Source: an uncultured Alphaproteobacteria bacterium (GTDB lineage: Bacteria; Pseudomonadota; Alphaproteobacteria; Rs-D84). From it: a DNA stretch of 64,000 nt. Below the pieces are notes generated by a model. The model made no database searches. It had not been told where the DNA came from and saw only the letters and a list, made by a program, of their open reading frames with translations. The DNA is taken from positions 103,949-167,948 of the forward strand of contig CAJOGC010000002.1 of assembly GCA_905234185.1 (NCBI GenBank), written 5' to 3'. The position numbers and the translations under genes are program-made. Positions 45,360 to 55,578 of this stretch are shown here, piece by piece; position 1 is the stretch's first letter, and every line of letters begins with the position of its first letter.

Positions 45360-46661
45360 TCACCAAGACATATTTTTATATGTTTTTCTGTTAACACTGT
45401 CGCCGAACATATTGCGTTGCTGTTGTGTCATTGATTCAAACTGCTCATTCGAAATAATCCGCAATACAAACGCATCTTCACTGCGTGACGACAACACCGG
45501 CAGCACCCGATGTTCTGCGACACCCGTATCGCGTAATACTTGTTCGATAATTGCCAATCTGCGTGCCGCCAACTTGCGGGCATCGGCATTGTTTGTCACA
45601 CTTTCTGGAATTGCAACCTGAATTGCGCGTTTCGGATTACTGACCACAATGGATGCATATTCGGTTAACAAAGTATAATTATCGCGTGACAACGCAGAGT
45701 CTTCATTACGGAAATGTATTTTTATTTCCAACGGACGAATACCACCCGATTCAGACAAATCACGAACGGCGGTAAATCCTTCTATATTTCTGGACATGTC
45801 ACTTGCCACATCGAAACGATCATCTATTTGGAAAGTTGAAAGATGTTTGTTTTCCGACAAAAATGTCTTACGAAATGCGCGACGCAATTCGGATGGTGAC
45901 ATTTTTGTCATATCATTACGAACCGAACTTATCGTCGGCGAAGTGTTTTTTTCGACGCTGCGCACAATAACATCGTTATTGTCCATCGGCACAACCAGGC
46001 GCGACAACTTTACCGGTGTACTCTGTACATTTTCTTTGCGCGATTCTTGGGCAATCGTATTATCATTTACAACCGGCATCATGGGTTCGGCAACAATCTG
46101 GGACGGACGCGCAATGATACTTTCATCGGCCCTGCGTTGTAATTCGGCAATCCGTGCAATTTGATTATCAAATTCACTTAAATTCCCATGCACAGCACCA
46201 GATTCATCATCACGCACCGCAACGGTGCGAACCGACATATTCATATCAAGGTTTTCTTCGGGTAAATCAAATTCTGGTGTTAACACCGAAAACTCTTCGG
46301 GGCTTGGCATACGCAACGGCATATCACTTTTTACCCACAAATCAGAACTGGGGCGATGCGGAATCAACACATCGGCAACATTTGCGATTTTTTCGCCCGC
46401 ATCAACAGATGGGCGCGTTGTACTTGCCGTGCGTGACGCAATATTTCGTGTATTTGTTTTTTGTGACGCCACGGCGGTCCGCCTTGTCACGGGGGCAACA
46501 GTGACGTTTGGCGCAACAGAAACGGGACCGTATCCCGATTCCCCAAACGCAGCACGTGCCGACACAGCAGTCGAAGCAACATTAACAACCGGTAAACGGG
46601 CATCCCCCCATGCGGGAATTACCACAAAAACCGCCAACAAAGACGCAGTAATTCGATGCAT
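45360..46661 (-). CDS. secreted hypothetical protein (433 aa) with possibly degenerate OmpA-like C-terminus
   Basis: Signal peptide, low-complexity Ser/Thr/Val-rich N-terminal half, and a conserved-looking C-terminal ~110 aa. Confidence 0.4.
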   Translation of the reverse strand: MHRITASLLAVFVVIPAWGDARLPVVNVASTAVSARAAFGESGYGPVSVAPNVTVAPVTRRTAVASQKTNTRNIASRTASTTRPSVDAGEKIANVADVLIPHRPSSDLWVKSDMPLRMPSPEEFSVLTPEFDLPEENLDMNMSVRTVAVRDDESGAVHGNLSEFDNQIARIAELQRRADESIIARPSQIVAEPMMPVVNDNTIAQESRKENVQSTPVKLSRLVVPMDNNDVIVRSVEKNTSPTISSVRNDMTKMSPSELRRAFRKTFLSENKHLSTFQIDDRFDVASDMSRNIEGFTAVRDLSESGGIRPLEIKIHFRNEDSALSRDNYTLLTEYASIVVSNPKRAIQVAIPESVTNNADARKLAARRLAIIEQVLRDTGVAEHRVLPVLSSRSEDAFVLRIISNEQFESMTQQQRNMFGDSVNRKTYKNMSW

Positions 46662-46733
46662 ATTCCTTTCCTTCCGATAATATCATAGAACAAATGACGA
46701 ATCGGGGGCAAGCACAAAATGCATCACTTTAAT

Positions 46734-47780
46734 TTATTTTTCGACCGCATCCGAAATTAATTCAACGGCCATGTTTTCCACACGCGATTTTTCCGCCATT
46801 TTCTTTAACCGTGACGGATTATCAAATAATTCGTCTAATGTGGCCGTTAACCATTTCTGCGTAAACTTGGACTGTTCTATTGCGAAACCACCGCCCAGGC
46901 GCGCGTATGACGCGGCATTTGCGGCCTGGTCCGGATTAATTCCCAATGGAACAATTATCGCCGGACGACCAATTGTTTCCAATTCAATAACGGTGCTGGC
47001 GCCACCACGCGAAATTACTAAATCAGAATCCGTGATTACACCCGCCATATCACGAATAAAAGACAAAACATTTGCGTGAATTTTATGTTTGGCATAAAAC
47101 ATCTGTAATTTTTCAACGTTTTCTGGCCGCGTCTGGTGCGTGACAAAAACCTTTTTATTTTTCATTGCGGCAACCGCGATTGGCACCACTTCATCTAATA
47201 TTTGTGCACCCAGCGAACCGCCGGTCACCAACAAATGCGACTTACCTGGCAATTTTGCGCCTGCACGTTCAATAAAATCACGGCGGACCGGCAAACCGGT
47301 ATAAATTATTTTTGCCGATGATTTTTTCGGCATACCGTCAACGGTCGGAAAACTGGTCATCAATGTTTTAACCCAACGCATAGTAAACTTATTCGCGCGA
47401 CCGATTGCCGCATTCTGTTCATGCAAAAATGTCGGAATATGCCAAACATGTGCGGCAAACACCGCCGGCACAGATGCATACCCACCGAACGCAACAACGC
47501 GACTGGGGCGCGAAAATATAAAACGCAATGTTAATGCAAATGCCGACACCGCGATTTTAAACAAAGCGAACATCTGTTGTGCTTTACTTTTTGCGCCAAC
47601 ACCCGATGCCCAGATATGAATTTTTTTTGCACCCGCCGGCATACCTTCACGCACCATTTTATCAACACGACCATCACACGAAATCGCAATTTTATGTCCA
47701 CGCGATGCTAATTCGCTGGCAACCGCTAACGCTGGATACACATGTCCACCCGTTCCACCCGTTGCAATAAGTATTTTCAT
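46734..47780 (-). CDS. murG: undecaprenyldiphospho-muramoylpentapeptide beta-N-acetylglucosaminyltransferase
   Basis: MKILIATGGTGGHVYPALAV glycosyltransferase family 28 N-terminal motif. dcw context. Confidence 0.85.
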   Translation of the reverse strand: MKILIATGGTGGHVYPALAVASELASRGHKIAISCDGRVDKMVREGMPAGAKKIHIWASGVGAKSKAQQMFALFKIAVSAFALTLRFIFSRPSRVVAFGGYASVPAVFAAHVWHIPTFLHEQNAAIGRANKFTMRWVKTLMTSFPTVDGMPKKSSAKIIYTGLPVRRDFIERAGAKLPGKSHLLVTGGSLGAQILDEVVPIAVAAMKNKKVFVTHQTRPENVEKLQMFYAKHKIHANVLSFIRDMAGVITDSDLVISRGGASTVIELETIGRPAIIVPLGINPDQAANAASYARLGGGFAIEQSKFTQKWLTATLDELFDNPSRLKKMAEKSRVENMAVELISDAVEK

Positions 47781-47798
47781 ATTCGTCTCCTGATATAT

Positions 47799-48968
47799 CT
47801 ATTTCCATTTATCTTCACGAATCAATGCCATCACCATACCAAACAGTAAACAATATGCAACAAACGAACTGCCCCCGTGTGATATGAATGGCAAAGTCAT
47901 CCCCTTGGCCGGCATAATACGCAAAGTCGATGCCAGGTTGATGCACACTTGGATACCAAACATCGCGGCCGTTCCAACAATTGCATTGGTGGTAAAATCG
48001 TCATGCGAATATTTCGATTGATGCAAAAGTCGCCAAAACACAAACCACAACAGAACAATAAGCCCGCAAGACAAAATTGCACCAAAGTTCTCGCATATTA
48101 CGGACAAAACAAAATCGCTTTCTGCCATCGGCAGATTTTCGACCACATGAGCCTTGTCCCCTGCGCCGGTCAGACCCCCATTACGAATCGCCCGCAACGC
48201 AAAACCTATTTGGCTGTGCGGATCAACCGGCGCAAAAAGTGCAAAGGTTCTTGACCGAACGTGTGGCAAAAACGCAACGCCCAATGCAAACAGTCCGCCA
48301 CCAATACCAATCATCGACGCAATCCATTTTCCGGGCAACCCCGCCAGAATTAACATCACAAATACCGTCCCCAGATAAAGCACCAGTGTACCAAAATCCG
48401 GATGCCAGAATTGAATTGCTAATATTACAATCAGTGGTGCTAAATACCATGCCCACGACCATGTTTTTACCTGGAACAATGTGCGCTTCAAGTTGAACAT
48501 GTCGCCCTTATACACCGAACGCATTTTTGCAATGAACCATGCGGTTATCATAACAAAACCGGGTTTCATTAAATCAGATGGCATAATATGTTGTGGCACA
48601 CCGGGCAACACAAACCAACGATAAGAATTATTTAGTTTATGCGGGAATAAAACAGTTCCTATTAACAATACAAAGAATACTATCAAATCCCCCCACGCCC
48701 ATCGCATAACATTTTTTTTATTGGTCATACTTATACCGATCATCATTGTAATGCCGACCAGATAATACGGAATCATACGAACAAAAAATTCATACCACTT
48801 TACTTTATGCGTCATATTTATTGTTCTTACGAACATCGCAGAACCACTGGATATAGCCATAATCATTGCGACCAATATCAATCCAAAAACCATAATCAGT
48901 AATTTACGGTCTATTTCGAAATACCAACTGGTTAATTTGCTTTCTTCGGTTCTGTTTATTCTGAACAT
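47799..48968 (-). CDS. ftsW: SEDS-family peptidoglycan glycosyltransferase FtsW
   Basis: 10-TM SEDS protein between mraY and murG. Confidence 0.75.
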   Translation of the reverse strand: MFRINRTEESKLTSWYFEIDRKLLIMVFGLILVAMIMAISSGSAMFVRTINMTHKVKWYEFFVRMIPYYLVGITMMIGISMTNKKNVMRWAWGDLIVFFVLLIGTVLFPHKLNNSYRWFVLPGVPQHIMPSDLMKPGFVMITAWFIAKMRSVYKGDMFNLKRTLFQVKTWSWAWYLAPLIVILAIQFWHPDFGTLVLYLGTVFVMLILAGLPGKWIASMIGIGGGLFALGVAFLPHVRSRTFALFAPVDPHSQIGFALRAIRNGGLTGAGDKAHVVENLPMAESDFVLSVICENFGAILSCGLIVLLWFVFWRLLHQSKYSHDDFTTNAIVGTAAMFGIQVCINLASTLRIMPAKGMTLPFISHGGSSFVAYCLLFGMVMALIREDKWK

Positions 48969-48987
48969 AACATTGTCCCATTATGAT

Positions 48988-50076
48988 TTATGCGAATTTC
49001 AATATTACCAACGCCAGACCAGCGAACATCACAGACAGGATAAAAAACCTGTCTACAATTTTTGTTTCGGTCCAACCCAGTTCTTCGAAATGGTGATGCA
49101 ATGGCGCACGACGAAATACCCGGCGCCCGGTTCCCGTGGCGATACGCGTTGCCTTGAACACCATAGTTTGTATAAACGATGACAGCAATATTAAAACCAT
49201 CATTCCCGCAGCAACCCCCATGATGATTTCAGATTTCAATAACATGGCGACCGTCCCCATAAAACCACCCAGGGCAAGCGAACCAACATCGCCCATGAAT
49301 ATAGACGCGGGTTTTGCATTAAACCACAAAAATCCCAAAACCGCGCCAAAGGTTGCCCCCAAGACAGCATACAAACCACTTGCTTCGGGCAAGAATATTA
49401 CCGTATCCATAAATCCGATTCGTGTTGCACCATATAACGCGACAACCAGAACAATTAATACCGGCATATAGAGTTTTGACAACATTCCATCCAACCCGTC
49501 GGTAATATTTGTTGCATTTGCGGAACCACAGATCACAAAATATGCGAACACATAATAAAGCAAACCCAACGGCCACGCAATCCACGAACCAAACGTCAAT
49601 GATAAATCGGGAACATATGCCGGCATCGTTTTATTTATAAGATACGCCAATATCACAACAAACACACCTTCGACAAACAATCGTGTCGATGGTTTAAGGC
49701 CATTTGCGGCCTTTACCGATTGCGAAGTGACCTTTTTATAATCATCGATAAAACCCAATGTTGCGAACATCACCAACGCCAACAATGCAACCCACCCAGT
49801 AGGATTATTCATGGGCATAAAAAGCACACTTGCAACTACTATTGCCAGCACGATTAGAATTCCGCCCATTGTCGGGGTTCCCGCCTTGGCCCGATGAGAT
49901 TCTGGGACATTTTCACTTATTGGCTGACCTTTCTTTTGCCATGTATGCATTGTGCGTATAAACGGGCGTCCGAACAACAACAATATCAAAAACGCCAGCC
50001 CAAAACCGCATGCAAATTGGGTCCAACCACTGGCAAAAAACATTGCGCCCCGCGCCAGAAAAAAATCAGTCAGCAT
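48988..50076 (-). CDS. mraY: phospho-N-acetylmuramoyl-pentapeptide transferase
   Basis: MraY motifs (NATNITDGLDG, FMGDVGSLALGG). Start at MLTDFF. Confidence 0.85.
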   Translation of the reverse strand: MLTDFFLARGAMFFASGWTQFACGFGLAFLILLLFGRPFIRTMHTWQKKGQPISENVPESHRAKAGTPTMGGILIVLAIVVASVLFMPMNNPTGWVALLALVMFATLGFIDDYKKVTSQSVKAANGLKPSTRLFVEGVFVVILAYLINKTMPAYVPDLSLTFGSWIAWPLGLLYYVFAYFVICGSANATNITDGLDGMLSKLYMPVLIVLVVALYGATRIGFMDTVIFLPEASGLYAVLGATFGAVLGFLWFNAKPASIFMGDVGSLALGGFMGTVAMLLKSEIIMGVAAGMMVLILLSSFIQTMVFKATRIATGTGRRVFRRAPLHHHFEELGWTETKIVDRFFILSVMFAGLALVILKFA

Positions 50077-50130
50077 AAAAATCTCCTTTCTATGCTGACA
50101 TTTTATCACAAAGTTTGTGGAAAATAAATC

Positions 50131-50430
50131 TTATTTACCACTACATTCGATAATTGTGTCATCGTCCAGAATCAGAGTCCAGTTTTCACCACGATTCCAC
50201 AAAACGACCACTGTATCATTTAATATTCCAGCAAATTTAGCACCAGACGCCGCAACAACATTGGATAATTCCAATTCATCACCGTTTATATTGGCCGTCA
50301 TCGTGTCACCATTTTCAGAAAACTGCATTTTAACATCGTATCCACCACACGTTTGGTGTTCGTCGCCGTTTCCACGATTGCATGCAACCAACATAAATGC
50401 ACACATGACACAAATTAGTATTTTTTTCAT
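50131..50430 (-). CDS. small lipoprotein, possibly MliC-like lysozyme inhibitor
   Basis: Lipobox LVAC, conserved Cys pair and ASGAKF (compare MliC SGSGARY). Confidence 0.35.
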   Translation of the reverse strand: MKKILICVMCAFMLVACNRGNGDEHQTCGGYDVKMQFSENGDTMTANINGDELELSNVVAASGAKFAGILNDTVVVLWNRGENWTLILDDDTIIECSGK

Positions 50431-50489
50431 AAAACCACCCCTTGAATCACTTTCTGGGGTATTATAGCACATTTTTTTGGAATATTAAA

Positions 50490-52529
50490 TTAAAATACAC
50501 CACCGACAACGGGACTGGTATCCATGGTGCCGCGATTTGGGGCCGGGTTTGGTTTCTGGCCGACTTTGAACGCTTCGGTAATGATGGTTCCATCTGGGTC
50601 AACGGATGCAGATGCCCCACTGCGTCGATTAACACGAACAAAACTTAATCCATCCGGCACAGGGAACGGCTGATTTTTTTCGTTTTCCAGCGCAACCCGC
50701 ATAAAGTCCGCGAACACACGTGCGGCCATATGGCTGCCAGCCCCCTTACCCAGCGGGGTTGGTGTATCATATCCCAGGTAAACCCCGGCAATCATGTTTT
50801 TGGAAAAACCGATAAACCATACATCTTTGACTTCGTTGGTGGTTCCGGTTTTGCCGGCAATAGTATGACCTTCGACACGCGCCTGGCGACCCGTTCCCCG
50901 TTCGACCGCGCCCTGTAATATTGAAACAATTTGATAAAGACTCTGGGCATCCGCCAATGGTTCAGATTCCGTATCGGTCTCTGGGGGCAACAAATCTGGC
51001 GACCATTCGACAATTTCGGTTTTGGTTCCATCAACGGTGCGCCCGTACCTGTCTTGGATATAATCCACCATTTGTGGCTTTATTTGATGTCCACCATTTA
51101 CAAATGCCGCATATCCCAGAACAAGTTTTTCCAGCGTTGTTTCGCCCGCGCCCAATGCCATTGCGATATTTACATTTTTCATGTTTTGTGGATAAACGCC
51201 GAATCGCTGGGCCATTTCGATGGCGTTTTCCGGACCAATTTGCTGGGCCAGACGCACAGTCGGTACATTACGCGATGTTTCCAACGACAACCGCAATGGA
51301 ATATCCCCAAGAAATTTCTTGTCATAATTTTCGGGTTTCCATTCCATACCACTTTCACGAATTCCTACAATTGGCGCGTCCAACAATAATGCTTCGGGCG
51401 ACATACCGCGCTCCAACGCGGCCAGATATACAAATGGTTTAATAGTACTGCCTATTTGGCGATACGCCTGGGTTGCACGATTAAATGAACTTTCGGCAAA
51501 GTTGCGGCCACCAGTCATGGCCAAGACGCGCCCTGTGTGTGGATTCATCGCTATAATAGCCCCCTGGATTTTATCGGTGCGTCCGGCATTATAAGCATCC
51601 AGTTCTTTGTTCAGTGCTTCGGCTGCGGCGCGTTGTAGTTTTGGGTCGATTGTTGTTTTTATGTATAATCCCTGGTTATACAGCACTTCACGCCCCAATT
51701 TATTTAACAATTGTCGCCGCACATCTTCGGCAAAATACTGGAATTCTGGGGCCATTTGTTCGGTAAACCCACTATTAATATTTAACTCTTCGGCAATGGC
51801 GGCATCGGCCTGGGGCTGGGTAATATATCCCTCCTCCAGCATACGGCGGATAACATAATTCCGGCGTTCAACCGCACGGTTGCGATCATTTGGTGCCTTT
51901 GGCAAAGATGCCAAAAACGCGCATTCCGCCAGCGATAATTCCGCCACCGGCTTGTTGAAATACATTAACGCCGCCGAACCGACACCATATGCGCGCGCGC
52001 CAAGGAATATTTCATTCATATACAATGTCAAAATATGTTTTTTGGAAAAAGTGCGTTCCAAACGTAATGCTAATATCGCCTCTTTTATTTTACGCGACAA
52101 ACTGCGTTCCGAAGTCAGGAAGAAATTTTTTGCCACCTGTTGCGTAATGGTTGATGCGCCCGAGAAATTCGTATTAAATCCCAACATGCGCGCCCCATTA
52201 TTAACGATCGCGCGGATTATCCCCTGGGCATCGATACCGGGGTGGGTCCAGAAATTCTGATCTTCGGCCGCGACAAACGCATTGACCAATTGAGACGGCA
52301 TATCATCAAAATCGATGAACACACGACGTTCTTCGGCATATTCTATTAACAACGAACCATCGGCCGCATAAAGCCGTGTTGCCACCGGTGGCGCATATGT
52401 CGCCAATTTGCGATAATCCGGCAAATCATTTCCATAAACAAATATCAGTGCTGCCAACGCAGCGATTCCAGCCGTAAAAGACCAAAATACAACATGCAAT
52501 AAAATACGCAGAATTTTTCTGAATTTCAT
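50490..52529 (-). CDS. class A penicillin-binding protein (PBP1A-like transglycosylase/transpeptidase)
   Basis: Glycosyltransferase family 51 motifs (AAEDQNFWTHPGID, RLERTFSKK) and transpeptidase SxxK/KTG region. Confidence 0.85.
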   Translation of the reverse strand: MKFRKILRILLHVVFWSFTAGIAALAALIFVYGNDLPDYRKLATYAPPVATRLYAADGSLLIEYAEERRVFIDFDDMPSQLVNAFVAAEDQNFWTHPGIDAQGIIRAIVNNGARMLGFNTNFSGASTITQQVAKNFFLTSERSLSRKIKEAILALRLERTFSKKHILTLYMNEIFLGARAYGVGSAALMYFNKPVAELSLAECAFLASLPKAPNDRNRAVERRNYVIRRMLEEGYITQPQADAAIAEELNINSGFTEQMAPEFQYFAEDVRRQLLNKLGREVLYNQGLYIKTTIDPKLQRAAAEALNKELDAYNAGRTDKIQGAIIAMNPHTGRVLAMTGGRNFAESSFNRATQAYRQIGSTIKPFVYLAALERGMSPEALLLDAPIVGIRESGMEWKPENYDKKFLGDIPLRLSLETSRNVPTVRLAQQIGPENAIEMAQRFGVYPQNMKNVNIAMALGAGETTLEKLVLGYAAFVNGGHQIKPQMVDYIQDRYGRTVDGTKTEIVEWSPDLLPPETDTESEPLADAQSLYQIVSILQGAVERGTGRQARVEGHTIAGKTGTTNEVKDVWFIGFSKNMIAGVYLGYDTPTPLGKGAGSHMAARVFADFMRVALENEKNQPFPVPDGLSFVRVNRRSGASASVDPDGTIITEAFKVGQKPNPAPNRGTMDTSPVVGGVF

Positions 52530-52574
52530 AACGAAATAATTTTAATACAACTAATTATGTATTGCAAATAAAAA

Positions 52575-52601
52575 CAAAAAAACGCCCAAACGGGCGATTT
52601 T
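52575..52601. terminator. Rho-independent terminator
   Basis: aaaaaaacgcccaaacgggcgatttt. Confidence 0.6.
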
Positions 52602-52625
52602 ACAAGCCACTTCAATAACAACAGC

Positions 52626-53342
52626 CTATAATTCAAAACGACCGTTCGTCGCGATTAAATCCGCACCCATTTCTATTTTACCGCCCGCTTCATGCACCAT
52701 TAACTCACCGGCGGCGATTTCCGCAAAATCCAGCGGTTCAGACACAAAACCATCAAACTTGCCCGATGCAACCCACGCCAAATCTAATGCCGGGCATCCC
52801 GTCCGACGAACATCACCAACCGTTTTGCGGTTATCGGTCGTGTTATACGCGACCGTCAAATCCGATTCGTCTGCAATATTTGACACACGAACACGCGATG
52901 AATGAAACGCCGAAAACGCATACGCACCATGGCCGCGTTCGGCATAATACAGCCGTTCATCTATTGGTGAATAAATCAATGCAATCTGGGTTTCGTCATT
53001 TGTCCGCAACGCCAAAGAGATTGCAAAATGTGGATTTGCACGAACAAAATTCGCCGCACCAGACAAAGCCAAAACAAATTCGTCACGACCATCACCGGCA
53101 TGCGACACATTAGGGGTAAGCAAACCCGCACTTGGGCGAACCAACATCAAATCAGACAAGATACTTTCTTCGATTCGCGCTTCTGCCTTGGCCACAAAAT
53201 CACGCGCCCCGCGCAACGATTGTTGCAAATTTTCCACTTCGCCAAAATCATGGCGCAAACCGGTTGCCGTGCGTTGCAACGCCATAAACATTTTGTTTAA
53301 TTCCGTTGAACCCTTAATCAGCAATTCCATTTGCGCCCCCAT
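52626..53342 (-). CDS. inositol monophosphatase (SuhB) family protein
   Basis: ISLALRTNDETQIALIYSPIDERLYYAERGHGAY and ALDLAWVASGKFDGFV...HEAGG IMPase-family motifs. Confidence 0.6.
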   Translation of the reverse strand: MGAQMELLIKGSTELNKMFMALQRTATGLRHDFGEVENLQQSLRGARDFVAKAEARIEESILSDLMLVRPSAGLLTPNVSHAGDGRDEFVLALSGAANFVRANPHFAISLALRTNDETQIALIYSPIDERLYYAERGHGAYAFSAFHSSRVRVSNIADESDLTVAYNTTDNRKTVGDVRRTGCPALDLAWVASGKFDGFVSEPLDFAEIAAGELMVHEAGGKIEMGADLIATNGRFEL

Positions 53343-53353
53343 AACCGGTTGGT

Positions 53354-53566
53354 TTAGAAATTAAATCCGGCAAATTTGCTCTTGAATTCCGCCGCGCGCT
53401 GACCCTTATCCCCGGCATTTGCACGTTGTCCGGTCCACGCAGAATGGTTCAAGTTATCGGTTGACAAAACCAAATCCTTCTTAACCGAAGAATACATTTT
53501 AACCGTTTTACCATCAGTCATTGTGACATTGATTTCATGGTATTCTGGATGAATTCCTTTTTTCAT
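53354..53566 (-). CDS. rpmE: 50S ribosomal protein L31
   Basis: MKKGIHPEYHEINVTMTDGKTVKMYSS... Confidence 0.75.
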   Translation of the reverse strand: MKKGIHPEYHEINVTMTDGKTVKMYSSVKKDLVLSTDNLNHSAWTGQRANAGDKGQRAAEFKSKFAGFNF

Positions 53567-53639
53567 ATTATAACCCTTTTGATTTTTTAGCCCCGTGATT
53601 ATACAAGGATTTTTCGATAAATCAAGCGATATTCGCTAA

Positions 53640-54149
53640 TTAATAGCGTCCGATACACCCTAAATAAGAATTACCGGTCGATTCGAGAATATTTATAAAC
53701 TGATTCTGATTTTTACCGGAAAACAGTGCCAAAATAGTTCCGGCATCTGTGGCCAGCATATCCGCCACCGTTGCGATGGACGAATTCATTTTCTTGAAAA
53801 ATCCACTGGCTGGGTATATTTCCGCGGCAAACAATTGATGACCACCACGCGTATTTGCGGAATTTTCCGCGCGGATAACCATCAGTTGACATTCCGGTGA
53901 AATAATAACTTTGTCCGTCACGACGGCACCGCCACCAAGCAATTCGCCCCACCAGCCCGTCGATTCGCAAAACACGGGATAGTACACGATCGCATCTGGG
54001 TTTGATTCGAATATAGAAGGCAAATCCAAATCCGTTGATATAACATCCGGCATTTCGCCCGTTGCGGTATTTATAACCTTGCGTGCCAACTGATATGTTG
54101 CATCACCATTTGTTTTGCGTGGCCAATAAAGAATCGGAAACTGCTTCAT
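53640..54149 (-). CDS. conserved hypothetical protein (169 aa)
   Basis: Clean ORF. I recognise no family. Confidence 0.4.
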   Translation of the reverse strand: MKQFPILYWPRKTNGDATYQLARKVINTATGEMPDVISTDLDLPSIFESNPDAIVYYPVFCESTGWWGELLGGGAVVTDKVIISPECQLMVIRAENSANTRGGHQLFAAEIYPASGFFKKMNSSIATVADMLATDAGTILALFSGKNQNQFINILESTGNSYLGCIGRY

Positions 54150-54217
54150 TGATGTGAATTATATCAGATTCGGAACACATAAAAAAGGGGCATATGTAAA
54201 ATAAAGCACTTGATTTT

Positions 54218-55504
54218 TTATTTTTTTATAACTTTCCAGAGTTTCTGCAGGTTTGCCCACGTCACTTCCAGGTTCTTTTTTGTCGTCTGATAGAATTTAT
54301 CCGATATTTTTACATTGAACAATGTTTCGATAAGTGCGGGAATAGATGTCATAAACATAGCGATAAATATCCCCATAAGGATGATTGTCACAATGCTGTC
54401 ATTACGCATCATCAATCCATCCATAAGAATTGTCGAATCGTTCTGTGCAAGTGCCGTCACTAATGCATTCGCCCCGCCCCAATCACCAAACATCGCGTCC
54501 AAGAACATTATTGCAAATGTCACAAATATACCAGTCAATGCCAGTCCCAATGTCCCCTTGACCACATCATCGATAATCGATTCGATATTTTTTCCACCAC
54601 CCGGCAATATTTTCCACCCATTAAATATCCATGCCAATAAGTTTAATGGCAACATTATCAAATCCAGTGATAAATTTATGAATATTTCCAAGAAAAAGAT
54701 GGGTATCGGCAATAATGCCGCAAAAAACAAAACCAGTATTAGTAATCCGCTAAAAAATATTAATACATTCGGGAAAATCGGAATATCCAGAATAATTTTG
54801 TGCATATACTTTTCATTAAATGCCATATTCAGCATCGTCCATCCCACCGCCATCCCAAGCCCGGTCATTTGATGAACAACCCCTAATTCACATGCCAGAT
54901 TATGACGCAACTTTGGTGAAAATGCCCCGCGCGACGCCGCATCCACAGACACAGATGCCGGATCCGCAATTGCGGTCGCAATGATACAATTATTAAATTC
55001 ATCATCGCCAACAACGATATGATTCATTGACATGCCTACATTAAATATCGGTTCTATTGCTATATCATTTATCATTCGTGGCAATGGCGCGACCAATAGC
55101 CCACAAACAACCGCTAATTTTATAACACGCACGCCAAAATCACCGGACAATGACCATGGTTCAATATTTTTTGCATTCATATAATTTGAAAGTAATTGCC
55201 ACGCAAACCAAATTGCCAAAAATGCCGCTGCAAACGGGATAATTACCGCACCAATCGCACTGTACACCCCCGGCAAAATATCAGACATCGTTCCAATTAC
55301 ATCCGAAAACATCTGGCACGACCAACATGTCGAAAAGAAATTAAGCGCGTCACTCATGTTAACCGGAACGGCCGTACGGTATATTGCAAACCCGGCTAAA
55401 ACGCCAACCCCTGCGATTGCGCCGACGACCCATGGTGCCACCGCCCCCGCCGCAAATGGCAAGAACGATAAAAACACTATCCAAAACTTTCTAAACCTAT
55501 TCAT
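54218..55504 (-). CDS. polytopic membrane protein, paralog A of the five-gene membrane-protein cluster (VirB6/TrbL-like, tentative)
   Basis: Signal-like N-terminus and multiple TM helices. Shared paralog motif LPLNLLAWIFNGW. Transcribed divergently from paralogs B-E. Confidence 0.45.
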   Translation of the reverse strand: MNRFRKFWIVFLSFLPFAAGAVAPWVVGAIAGVGVLAGFAIYRTAVPVNMSDALNFFSTCWSCQMFSDVIGTMSDILPGVYSAIGAVIIPFAAAFLAIWFAWQLLSNYMNAKNIEPWSLSGDFGVRVIKLAVVCGLLVAPLPRMINDIAIEPIFNVGMSMNHIVVGDDEFNNCIIATAIADPASVSVDAASRGAFSPKLRHNLACELGVVHQMTGLGMAVGWTMLNMAFNEKYMHKIILDIPIFPNVLIFFSGLLILVLFFAALLPIPIFFLEIFINLSLDLIMLPLNLLAWIFNGWKILPGGGKNIESIIDDVVKGTLGLALTGIFVTFAIMFLDAMFGDWGGANALVTALAQNDSTILMDGLMMRNDSIVTIILMGIFIAMFMTSIPALIETLFNVKISDKFYQTTKKNLEVTWANLQKLWKVIKK

Positions 55505-55516
55505 ATCATAATAAGT

Positions 55517-55544
55517 ATATCACATTTTGTCCCAAATGTGATAT
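55517..55544. promoter_or_regulatory. perfect 11-bp inverted repeat ATATCACATTT-N6-AAATGTGATAT in the divergent promoter region, overlapping a TATAAT -10 element
   Basis: Centered in the 74-bp intergenic region between paralog A (-) and paralogs B-E (+). The TATAAT hexamer lies at 55542-55547. Confidence 0.55.
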
Positions 55545-55578
55545 AATTGAAAAGATAAAAATGTAAACACGAGAGAGA

